A DNA stretch of 64,000 bases from the NCBI GenBank assembly GCA_903885445.1, contig CAISIO010000006.1, forward strand, positions 79,309-143,308, given 5' to 3'. Below, piece by piece: positions 56,464 to 64,000 of this stretch (position 1 is the first letter of the stretch; every line of letters starts with the position of its first letter). The notes beneath the pieces are model-generated. The model searched no databases, was not told the DNA's origin, and saw nothing but the letters and a program-made list of their open reading frames with translations. This DNA comes from Candidatus Staskawiczbacteria bacterium. Its GTDB lineage: Bacteria; Patescibacteriota; Minisyncoccia; Minisyncoccales; Staskawiczbacteraceae. The translations under genes were made by a program, and so were the position numbers.

Positions 56464-58185
56464 TCAATTAGAAGGAGTAATAAACCGGCAAGGCGTAAGC
56501 CCGGGGTGAAGCTTAACGGCTGCCTCATTGCCTTCGTAAAAAGTCGGCGGCTCGTAGGTCCAGCCAGATGCCAAGCGCCTTTCTTCACGAAGAATCTTAT
56601 ACCAGACAAACGGCCCGCCGAGCAAAGAGAATATACGGCTCTTGAACCCAAGCACGCGGTGCATTTCGCCCAACAGCACAGACATCTTGGCGTACATTGC
56701 CGGGTTGCGTCGGTAGTACAACCTTGCGCCCGCAACCATGGCAATATATGTTGTTGCCAAATCACGGGCTTCCCATAAATAACGGTCGCGGATACGCTTA
56801 TCGGGATGGTTGCGATAGCGTTCAAGACCGGCCAGCGTAGTCCGCGCAACACGGGCAACGCTTGGCCCATTGACGGCAAAATCGAGACGGAAAGCTTCCA
56901 GAAGCATTTTTGTCTCGTCACCCGGTGGGATGTGCGGATGGCGGTAGTTTAGAATGAACTGCCCGTGAACGTCAGCCGGATTAACCTCAGAATCAGCCTT
57001 CATCAACCCGCGGGCGGTGAGTTCGGCGTGGAGCGGGGTACCGGCAGCGGGAGTGTAAAGCATAAACTGGTGGAAATCTGTGTCGTATCTCGACGCATAT
57101 TTTATCGCGGCACCGATATTCTGGGGCGTATGTTCGTCCAAAGCAATGATTGTCGAGCCCAACACGCGAATACCGTGTGACTGAAGGTCCTTCACCAACG
57201 CAAACGCGTCAATGCCCTCCAGTTTTTGGTACTGGCTGTTTTCGCCTTCCAGTCCCATCCACACCCACGAGATTCCAAGCCGGACAAGCTCGTCCATTGT
57301 GTACGAACGAATCACGTTCGCAGAGCTGAACACGTACAGGCTCCACGACTTGTTGTGAGCCTCCATCAGTTCCAGCAGACGCATGGCTCGCTTGCGGTGG
57401 AGCAGGAAATTCTCGTCCATAACAAAGAACGATCGAATTTTCATGGTCTGCTCAAGCTGACACATGACATCGAATAGTTCTTCTCCACTCTCGTAGAACT
57501 GGACGCATTTCCCCTTTCCGCCGAACATGGCCGAAGTAGAACAGAAATTGCATCCCAATGGACATCCAACTGACGGGAGTAATGTTGCCGCCACTTCGCC
57601 CTTTAGCTTGATTCCAACGCATCGCCCGCCCATGCCTGACTTGATCAGCGGATGGCGAATCGGGGTGTTCTCGTCTTCGCCAAGATATCTGCGGAACCAA
57701 CGCACTCCTTCACCCTGGACGACAATATCTGCGTCGATTTTCTCGCCCAAGTCGAGTACATTGGCTATGTGCCCGCCAACGACTATCACCGCTTTTGGCT
57801 GATAATACCGAATCCACTCGCACATCTTGCGGACCTTGCGGATATTGGGCCAGATAGAGGAAATACCAATGATATCATACTGTCTGCTTTGTAGCTCCTG
57901 TATAAAGCGCCTTCGCGTCGGAAAATCCAGTAAAGTGCACGGCGCGGTAATATTAGCCTGGATAAGCATCAAGCCCCAGCTTCGATGGAACATCCGCAAA
58001 GAGAAGGGTCCCTGCTCGCGAGTAACCTGGTTCTGATAGAGTTCCATCGGGTTGATGGCTCGACTTCCATACTCGTCGTCTCGGGCGTACGGCCCGAAGA
58101 CACTGGTCAAAAGGACTTTCGCCCCTGTCCCGAGCGGATGCGGTTGCACCTCTGTTTCTTCTGCGCTGATTTTTATGGCTGACAT
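56464..58185 (-). CDS. G+C-rich class-B (B12-binding domain) radical SAM enzyme
   Basis: N-terminal Rossmann-like B12-binding region (YDIIGISSIW, AVIVVGGHIAN) followed by the CxxxCxxC cluster CPLGCNFC. GAGGAG lies 6 nt upstream of the ATG at 58185. Confidence 0.85.
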   Translation of the reverse strand: MSAIKISAEETEVQPHPLGTGAKVLLTSVFGPYARDDEYGSRAINPMELYQNQVTREQGPFSLRMFHRSWGLMLIQANITAPCTLLDFPTRRRFIQELQSRQYDIIGISSIWPNIRKVRKMCEWIRYYQPKAVIVVGGHIANVLDLGEKIDADIVVQGEGVRWFRRYLGEDENTPIRHPLIKSGMGGRCVGIKLKGEVAATLLPSVGCPLGCNFCSTSAMFGGKGKCVQFYESGEELFDVMCQLEQTMKIRSFFVMDENFLLHRKRAMRLLELMEAHNKSWSLYVFSSANVIRSYTMDELVRLGISWVWMGLEGENSQYQKLEGIDAFALVKDLQSHGIRVLGSTIIALDEHTPQNIGAAIKYASRYDTDFHQFMLYTPAAGTPLHAELTARGLMKADSEVNPADVHGQFILNYRHPHIPPGDETKMLLEAFRLDFAVNGPSVARVARTTLAGLERYRNHPDKRIRDRYLWEARDLATTYIAMVAGARLYYRRNPAMYAKMSVLLGEMHRVLGFKSRIFSLLGGPFVWYKILREERRLASGWTYEPPTFYEGNEAAVKLHPGLTPCRFITPSN

Positions 58186-58280
58186 TGCAAACTCCTCATA
58201 GAAAACAGTTGTCTTCCGTATTTTGCGGGTTTATGCCCGCATTTTGTTAAGGTTCGGAAATCGGTCAAAACTGCTCCTTA

Positions 58281-58309
58281 AATATACCACTTGGGATATC
58301 CTATTGCAA
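58281..58309 (-). promoter_or_regulatory. Possible promoter of the radical SAM gene
   Basis: Minus strand reads TTGCAA (58309..58304), a 17-nt spacer, then TATATT (58286..58281). Confidence 0.35.
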
Positions 58310-58351
58310 AAAAAAATATTATATGATATTATCTTATTATTATAAGAAACT

Positions 58352-58615
58352 ATGGCAATAACAAAATCAGCTAAAAAAGCAGCAAGGCAATCCAAAAAAA
58401 GGAACGTTCAGAATGTCGCGTATAAAGACGCGATAAAAAAACTTGTGAAAGAAGCGCGCGCTTTAGTTTTGGCAAAAAAAATAGCAGAAGCTAAAAAACT
58501 TTTGCCGGAAATATATAAAGCCTTCGATAAGGCCGCGAAGATAGGAGTGATTAAAAAGAATAACGCCTCAAGGCATAAGTCGCGACTGACAAAATTAATA
58601 GACAAAAAAATCTAG
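58352..58615 (+). CDS. rpsT: 30S ribosomal protein S20
   Basis: MAITKSAKKAARQSKKRNVQN..KNNASRHKSRL. Confidence 0.92.
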   Translation: MAITKSAKKAARQSKKRNVQNVAYKDAIKKLVKEARALVLAKKIAEAKKLLPEIYKAFDKAAKIGVIKKNNASRHKSRLTKLIDKKI

Positions 58616-58634
58616 GACTAGCCTAGATTTTTTG
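58610..58634 (+). terminator. Terminator of rpsT
   Basis: ATCTAGG-ACTAG-CCTAGAT stem-loop containing the stop codon, followed by a T run. Confidence 0.55.
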
Positions 58635-58643
58635 TTTTATTTA

Positions 58644-59588
58644 CTAAATTTCGGAGAGCAGTAAATCCAAAGCTAATTCCGGTTCAATCTTTCCTGTTTT
58701 AATATCTGAATCTATCTGAAAAATCTTCCGGTAGATTTTTTTTAGTTTTTCCATTGAAAATTGATTGCACAAGTAAAAACTTTTTTGGACAACGAAAGGA
58801 TGAAGCCCGGATTTTTTTGCGATTAGATTATACGGCGTGTTCGATTCCTGAAGTTCTTTAATTATTAAAAGATTTCTAAATTGGTATGCAATCATGGAAA
58901 GCAAATAAAGAGAATTATCTCCTCCTTCCAAATGTTTATGCAACAAAAACAGGGCTTGTTTTTTGTCTTTTGAGGCCAGTGCGTCAATTGTTTTGAAAAT
59001 ATCATTTTCTATGCCGGGTTTTACCAGCAATTCAACATCTTCTTTTTTTATAATATTTCCTGCTTTGTAATTTGATAACTTGCTTATTTCGTTTGCCATT
59101 TTCCACAAATCATTTTTCACAAATTCGCACAGCAAATCCAAAGCATCTGCATTTATTTTTACTTTATTTTTTTCAAATTCACAGACAACCCATTTTTTCA
59201 GCAAGGCCGGCTGCAGGCAATTAAACTCCTGACATTTGGCATATTTCTGCAAAGCCTTATAAAATCTAGTCCTTTTATCCGGCGCGTTATCTTCATAAAT
59301 AATTACGATGTCTTTTATCTCTTCCAAGCTTTTTACATTCTCCAAAAAATCTTCCTGGAACTTCTCCTCATCAAAAGTGTTTTTTAAAAGTATCAACTTT
59401 TTTTCGGCAAACATTGAAGTGATTTTAAAGTTGCTGTAAAAATCTTTAAAATCTTTTTCTCTCGCGTCAATATAAATCAAATTCAGCCCAGATTTGTGGA
59501 CTTTTTTATAACCGTCAATTATTTCCTCCAGTTTCTTTTTTGCCCGATAAGAATCCTCGCCGTATATAAAATATATCATTTTTGGCAT
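58644..59588 (-). CDS. holA: DNA polymerase III delta subunit
   Basis: IYFIYGEDSYRAKKKLEEI N-terminus and HolA-like length. The start is ambiguous between 59588 and 59579; 59579 would form an ATGA overlap with the mutM stop. Confidence 0.8.
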   Translation of the reverse strand: MPKMIYFIYGEDSYRAKKKLEEIIDGYKKVHKSGLNLIYIDAREKDFKDFYSNFKITSMFAEKKLILLKNTFDEEKFQEDFLENVKSLEEIKDIVIIYEDNAPDKRTRFYKALQKYAKCQEFNCLQPALLKKWVVCEFEKNKVKINADALDLLCEFVKNDLWKMANEISKLSNYKAGNIIKKEDVELLVKPGIENDIFKTIDALASKDKKQALFLLHKHLEGGDNSLYLLSMIAYQFRNLLIIKELQESNTPYNLIAKKSGLHPFVVQKSFYLCNQFSMEKLKKIYRKIFQIDSDIKTGKIEPELALDLLLSEI

Positions 59589-60448
59589 TGAGGGCAAAAG
59601 AAGGTGCTTCTGCCACCAAATTTTATTCTTTTTATTTTTGTTCCGCACCTCTCGCATTTTTGCCCCTCCTTTTTATATACTTTCCGCTCATCGTCAAAAT
59701 CTCCTTTAGTTCCATCGGGCTTTCTGTAATCAGAAAAACTTTCGCCGCCCAAATCAACTCCCAACTGCAAAACTTTTTTTATGGATTGAAAAAGCAGTTT
59801 TAATTCCGCATCGGTTAGCTTAATCGCGCTCTTTTCAGGATTTATTTTTGCCTGCCATAATATTTCGCTGGAATAGATATTTCCAATTCCGGAAAGAACC
59901 ACAGGATCCATTAAAACCTGTTTTATTCTCCCTTTTTTATTTTTTAAAACCTCTTTAAGTTTTTCTAAATTAAAATCTTTATCCAACGGCTCCGGGCCTA
60001 AATTTGTAAATTCCTTAGAATTTAATAATTCGCCTGTTTTCCATAATTCAACTTTGGCAAATTTCCTTGCGTCAGATAACGCTATTTTATTCCCGTCATC
60101 TAAAAAGAAAACTACGTGAAGAAAACGGTTATATGGGTCGTTTAGCGGACCTTCGCTTACTGGCGTCCACTTTCCGCCTGATAATTTCCAATCTCCCACC
60201 AACAGATGTCCGGTCATTTTTTGGTGAACCAAAAGCGAATAGTTACCTGACAAATCAAAAATTATATTTTTCGCCCGGCGCCAAATATTTTTAATCTTTT
60301 TATTTTTTATTTCTTTTTTAAATTGTTCAAACCTTTTAGGCCTTTTAACTATTTTCTCCCAGTCGGACCAAACATCAACAAAGGCCCTTTTAAGGACCTT
60401 TGATTTTAAACCGTCAACTGTTGTCTGCACCTCCGGCAATTCCGGCAT
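59576..60448 (-). CDS. mutM: formamidopyrimidine-DNA glycosylase
   Basis: MPELPEV N-terminus, H2TH region, and C-terminal zinc finger CERCGTKI..CPQC. Confidence 0.9.
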   Translation of the reverse strand: MPELPEVQTTVDGLKSKVLKRAFVDVWSDWEKIVKRPKRFEQFKKEIKNKKIKNIWRRAKNIIFDLSGNYSLLVHQKMTGHLLVGDWKLSGGKWTPVSEGPLNDPYNRFLHVVFFLDDGNKIALSDARKFAKVELWKTGELLNSKEFTNLGPEPLDKDFNLEKLKEVLKNKKGRIKQVLMDPVVLSGIGNIYSSEILWQAKINPEKSAIKLTDAELKLLFQSIKKVLQLGVDLGGESFSDYRKPDGTKGDFDDERKVYKKEGQKCERCGTKIKRIKFGGRSTFFCPQCQK

Positions 60449-60449
60449 A

Positions 60450-61046
60450 TTATATGTTTTCTTCTACGTTATTTATATTTTTTGGTTTTGACTTGCCGTA
60501 TTTTGTAATTTTCTGCTTAAAATCATCTAACTCTTTCCTCAGCTGGACGGTCTCCGCCTCTTTATTTTTTACGCTGCTCTGTAGGCTTTCCGACTCGTCA
60601 ATCAATCTTTTTAATTCTATAGTCCTGTTTTCTACTTTTTGCTCTAACGCGTTGATTGTCTCTTCTAATTCCTTGGTCCTGGCCTGTACTTTAATGCCGA
60701 CTTCCTTTTCTGTGTTGGCGCCTTGTTCGCGGCTTGCATTAAGCTCGTCGGCTATATCATTAAAAACCTTTGCCAAGTCAGCTAATTCGTCTTTGGTTTC
60801 TAGATAAACCCTGCTGGACAAGTTTCCCCTGCTTAATTCGGTCGCCTTGCTTAATAATTTCTTGATGGGAGACGAAAGATTCTGTCCGATCATTAGGCCG
60901 AAGAAAAATATGTAAATCGCGAGAAGCAAAACAACGATATAGAAACCGACCCCTATTTGTTCCCCGCCCACAGCTATAAGAGCGACTATGGCAAAAATAC
61001 CGACTAAAATTATAGGAATTGCGATTTTATATGTGAGTCTAGCCAT
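60450..61046 (-). CDS. HAMP-domain membrane protein with a coiled-coil tail
   Basis: Two TM helices, then HAMP PIKKLLSKATELSRGNLSSRVYLETKDELADLAKVFNDIADEL. Confidence 0.7.
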   Translation of the reverse strand: MARLTYKIAIPIILVGIFAIVALIAVGGEQIGVGFYIVVLLLAIYIFFFGLMIGQNLSSPIKKLLSKATELSRGNLSSRVYLETKDELADLAKVFNDIADELNASREQGANTEKEVGIKVQARTKELEETINALEQKVENRTIELKRLIDESESLQSSVKNKEAETVQLRKELDDFKQKITKYGKSKPKNINNVEENI

Positions 61047-61059
61047 ATCAACAAAATTT

Positions 61060-61950
61060 TTAATTTTTAATTTGAGATAAACGATTAATCAGAGAACTAA
61101 AATCTAATTTTAAGAAAACCTGCTCAACTTTATTTTGGTCAAAGTTCCCAAACTTGCAATTTTCAATCTTAAAATCAATTTCAACGTCTTTTTTCATTTG
61201 GGATAATTCGCGCGACATTATCGCAGACTCTTTATTTTGTTTCAACATTTCTTTTACTTTCGGTTTTAAAACCGCCGTGTCCGTTGAAAGCTCGCCATAC
61301 AAATTTTCAATGCTCCCGTATTTTTGTATTATTTCAGCCGCTGTTTTCTTGCCTATTCCCTCAACTCCCGGAATATTATCAGACGGGTCTCCGGTCAGCG
61401 CCTTAAAATCAACCATCTGCTCAGGGCTTACTCCAAACCTTTCTATTACCTTGCCCGTGTCATAAATTACAGTATCTTTTATGCCCTTTCCTAAAGTATA
61501 AACTTTTATATTATTATTTACCAGTTGAAGATTATCTAGGTCTCCAGATAAAATATAAACTTCCAAATCTTTATTCTGTTCCACTGTTTTTACACAAATC
61601 GTGGCAATCAAATCATCCGCCTCAACTCCTTCTTTAGCAAAAACAGGGATTCCAAAAGCTTCCAAAACCTCCTTTGTAATCGGTATTTGGGAAATAATTC
61701 CCGACGGAGTAGCCGGCCTTTGAGCTTTATAATCTTTAAACATTTCATGCCTGAATGTCGGCATTTTTGTATCAAAACAGGCAACTATATAATCTGGCTT
61801 TAAATCATTTATGGCTTTAAACATAGTCAACAAATACCCATAAACCGCTCCGGTTTCCTGCCCGGATTTATTTGTTAGCGGCGGCAACGCATGAAACGCC
61901 CTGTGCAACAGCGCATTAGAATCAATAATAATTAGTCTTCTCTTTTCCAT
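61060..61950 (-). CDS. 5'-3' exonuclease (Pol I N-terminal/FEN-like domain only)
   Basis: LLHRAFHAL, and GDPSDNIPGVEGIGKKTA (H3TH). Confidence 0.88.
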   Translation of the reverse strand: MEKRRLIIIDSNALLHRAFHALPPLTNKSGQETGAVYGYLLTMFKAINDLKPDYIVACFDTKMPTFRHEMFKDYKAQRPATPSGIISQIPITKEVLEAFGIPVFAKEGVEADDLIATICVKTVEQNKDLEVYILSGDLDNLQLVNNNIKVYTLGKGIKDTVIYDTGKVIERFGVSPEQMVDFKALTGDPSDNIPGVEGIGKKTAAEIIQKYGSIENLYGELSTDTAVLKPKVKEMLKQNKESAIMSRELSQMKKDVEIDFKIENCKFGNFDQNKVEQVFLKLDFSSLINRLSQIKN

Positions 61951-61961
61951 TATTTATTTTA

Positions 61962-62411
61962 TCATATTTTAAAACTAATTTCTCTTTTATATTTATCAAT
62001 AAATTTAAAATCAATCATCGTTATATTTCCCGGAAGAATTTTTTTGATTTTTTCAGGCCATTCTATTGCCACGATACTTTCCGGATTTTCAATAATTTCT
62101 TTTAATCCTAATTCCAAAATATCTTTTTCGTTTTTTAGTCTATAACAATCTATGTGGTAAAAATTTGAGAAAGTTTTAGGCTTTATAATTTTAAAATGTT
62201 TTAAAATTACATACGTGGGGCTTAATATTTTTTCTTTAATACCTAATCCTTTGGAAAATCCTTGCAAAAAAGTTGTTTTGCCTCCGCCAAGATTTCCGCT
62301 TAAACCCAAAACAACTGCTGATTTTTCTAATGGGATTTTAATAATCTTTTTTGCAAAATCCTCACCTAATTTTTGAGTTTGTTTGTGGCTCGTGGTTATG
62401 TATTTTTTCAT
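61962..62411 (-). CDS. tsaE: tRNA t6A biosynthesis ATPase TsaE
   Basis: LSGNLGGGKTTFLQG P-loop and HIDCYRL. Confidence 0.88.
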   Translation of the reverse strand: MKKYITTSHKQTQKLGEDFAKKIIKIPLEKSAVVLGLSGNLGGGKTTFLQGFSKGLGIKEKILSPTYVILKHFKIIKPKTFSNFYHIDCYRLKNEKDILELGLKEIIENPESIVAIEWPEKIKKILPGNITMIDFKFIDKYKREISFKI

Positions 62412-62467
62412 CTGTGGATTAAAATATTTGACTAAAAAAACTAATTCGTTTAGGGTATTATAAACCT

Positions 62468-63166
62468 ATGGAATTACAAGAATCAAAACAAATTATCAGC
62501 GAAGCTAAAAATGTCTACCTAATAACTTCTGGCAACCCCGAAGCGATTGCTTCTACATTGGCTCTTTTTTATACTTTAAAGCAACAGGGCAAGAATGTAA
62601 ACCTAGTCATAGATGCCCTGCCTGAAAATCTAAAATTTTTGGCTCCGTCTTTAGATTTTATTTCTTATCCCAAAAACTTTGTGATTTCTGTTCCAAGCAA
62701 TATTGCTCAAGTGTCGCAAGTCTATTACGAAAAAAATCCCGACGCCTTAAAAATACACCTGACGCTGGAAAGTGGTAATATAAAGAAAGATAATATTTCT
62801 TTTTATTTTTCAGAAACAAAACCAGATCTTATTATAACCGCCGGCGTCAAAGATTATTCCGAAGAATTGTCCGACAAATTAAATTCTTTCGGCTTTTTAC
62901 TGGATTCTCCAATTTTAAATATCGACAATGGGCAGGATAATAAAAAATTTGGTAAAATAAATTTAATAGGCGACAACTCTATTCCGGAAATAATTATTGG
63001 CTTGGCGGAAAACTTAACTAAAGAATCCGCGGCTTGCCTTCTGACTGGGCTGGTAATTTATACGGAAAATTTTAAAACCAAACTTACGGCCGAAATATTC
63101 CAAATAGTCGCAGATTTAATGAAAAAAGGGGCGGATTTAAAAGAAATAACAAATAGTATTAAGTAA
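62468..63166 (+). CDS. DHH/NrnA-like protein with degenerate catalytic motifs (tentative)
   Basis: The N-terminal layout resembles the NrnA DHH domain (VYLITSGNPEAIASTLALFYTLKQQGKNV). The DHH and DxD motifs are not evident. Confidence 0.45.
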   Translation: MELQESKQIISEAKNVYLITSGNPEAIASTLALFYTLKQQGKNVNLVIDALPENLKFLAPSLDFISYPKNFVISVPSNIAQVSQVYYEKNPDALKIHLTLESGNIKKDNISFYFSETKPDLIITAGVKDYSEELSDKLNSFGFLLDSPILNIDNGQDNKKFGKINLIGDNSIPEIIIGLAENLTKESAACLLTGLVIYTENFKTKLTAEIFQIVADLMKKGADLKEITNSIK

Positions 63167-63174
63167 CTCAAAAA

Positions 63175-64000
63175 ATGGAGGAAACAAAAAAGTTATTGGG
63201 GTCTGTGGCGATTTCTCCAAAAATAGTTGAAGAAACAGAGGCCCAGGTTAAAGACATCGGCGGATTTAAAAAGAAAATCGAAGAATATCTAGTCGAGAAT
63301 GTAACACAGCTTTTGGACGTTGTTTTATACGGAGCGATAACTCTTGGCGCGTCTGACATCCATATTGAGCCGCAGGAAAAAGACGCGAGATTAAGAATAA
63401 GATTAGACGGCATCTTACAGGATGTTGTTTTTTTTGAACAAAGCGCATACCACCATTTGCTTAGCCGTTTAAAACTCCTTTCAAAATTAAAACTAAATAT
63501 CACAGATAAACCCCAAGACGGCAGATTCACAATTATAGTGGGCGAATTGCTTATTGAAATAAGAACCTCCAGCCTGCCGGCAGAATATGGAGAATCAATT
63601 GTGATGAGAATTTTAAACCCGAAAAGCTTAATTTCTTTAGATGACTTAGGCTTAAGGGACGATCTTTATAAAACCTTTAAAAGCGAAATCGAAAAGCCTA
63701 ATGGGATGATAATTGTGACCGGACCGACCGGATCTGGAAAAACAACCACGCTTTACGCATTTTTGAAGAAGATACAAAACCCGGAAATTAAAATTATAAC
63801 AATTGAAGACCCCATCGAATATCATCTAACAGGAGTTTCCCAGACGCAAGTAGCTCCCGAAAAAGGATATGACTTTTCCGACGGATTAAGGTCAATTGTA
63901 CGGCAAGACCCGGATGTTATTCTAGTTGGTGAAATCAGAGATTTGGAAACATCAAAAATTGCCCTGCAAGCAGCTTTAACCGGCCACTTGGTTTTATCCA
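63175..64000 (+). CDS. type II/IV secretion ATPase (PilB/GspE family), truncated by the window end
   Basis: By-hand translation from the ATG at 63175 gives GASDIHIEP, RIRLDG and Walker A VTGPTGSGKTTT. The frame is open to position 64000. Confidence 0.85.
   Translation, partial: MEETKKLLGSVAISPKIVEETEAQVKDIGGFKKKIEEYLVENVTQLLDVVLYGAITLGASDIHIEPQEKDARLRIRLDGILQDVVFFEQSAYHHLLSRLKLLSKLKLNITDKPQDGRFTIIVGELLIEIRTSSLPAEYGESIVMRILNPKSLISLDDLGLRDDLYKTFKSEIEKPNGMIIVTGPTGSGKTTTLYAFLKKIQNPEIKIITIEDPIEYHLTGVSQTQVAPEKGYDFSDGLRSIVRQDPDVILVGEIRDLETSKIALQAALTGHLVLS

Noticed and set aside
56457-58182. Alternative-frame and antisense ORFs inside the radical SAM gene (for example 56457..56921, 57452..57700 and several plus-strand ORFs)
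   Set aside because: All are embedded in a 573-aa ORF with clear B12-binding and CxxxCxxC motifs. They are compositional shadows.
58186-58279. Upstream ORF (TTG start after AAGGAG at 58279..58274) overlapping the radical SAM start codon
   Set aside because: The AAGGAG lies immediately next to the predicted -10 box, so it would probably not be in the transcript. The start would be TTG and the peptide has no features. The case is too speculative.

Overview
The window is an AT-rich (about one-third G+C by eye, not computed), tightly packed, mostly minus-strand housekeeping backbone. It looks like a small-genome Patescibacteria/CPR-like bacterium using the standard genetic code. Recognisable genes: pth, a minimal mfd, topA, rel/spoT, glyA, tsaC, iorAB, leuS, tatD, metG, glyQS, recO, ileS, argS, archaeal-type pyrH, smpB plus tmRNA, infC-rpmI-rplT, polX, greA, an EndoQ-like nuclease, a murE-like ligase, ruvA, uvrB, rpsT, holA, mutM, a 5'-3' exonuclease, tsaE, a partial pilB/gspE, tRNA-Leu(CAA) and tRNA-Arg(CCG). 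There are also several lineage-specific membrane and surface proteins. I saw no CRISPR array, transposase, integrase or rRNA gene. The main anomaly is five sharply bounded G+C-rich islands at about 1-770, 3384-4050, 16540-17005, 24089-24440 and 56410-58260. Each sits in an intergenic gap without disrupting a backbone gene. Each forms its own cassette: a sigma70-like promoter, a strong Shine-Dalgarno, one ORF, and (clearly in four islands, weakly in the 24.1 kb one) a hairpin plus T-tract terminator. They encode a class-B (B12-binding) radical SAM enzyme, a 78-aa five-Cys protein, a FabZ-like hotdog protein with a PKEEP repeat, an orphan receiver domain lacking the usual acidic pocket, and a 95-aa unknown preceded by a 22-aa mini-ORF. 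A sixth G+C-rich ORF runs off the left edge. Whether these are one dispersed foreign pathway, independent horizontal acquisitions, or an assembly or construction artefact cannot be settled from the sequence. Secondary points are a promoter-to-terminator structured RNA candidate next to tRNA-Arg, a presenilin/SPP-type intramembrane protease homologue, and several archaeal-flavoured repair genes.
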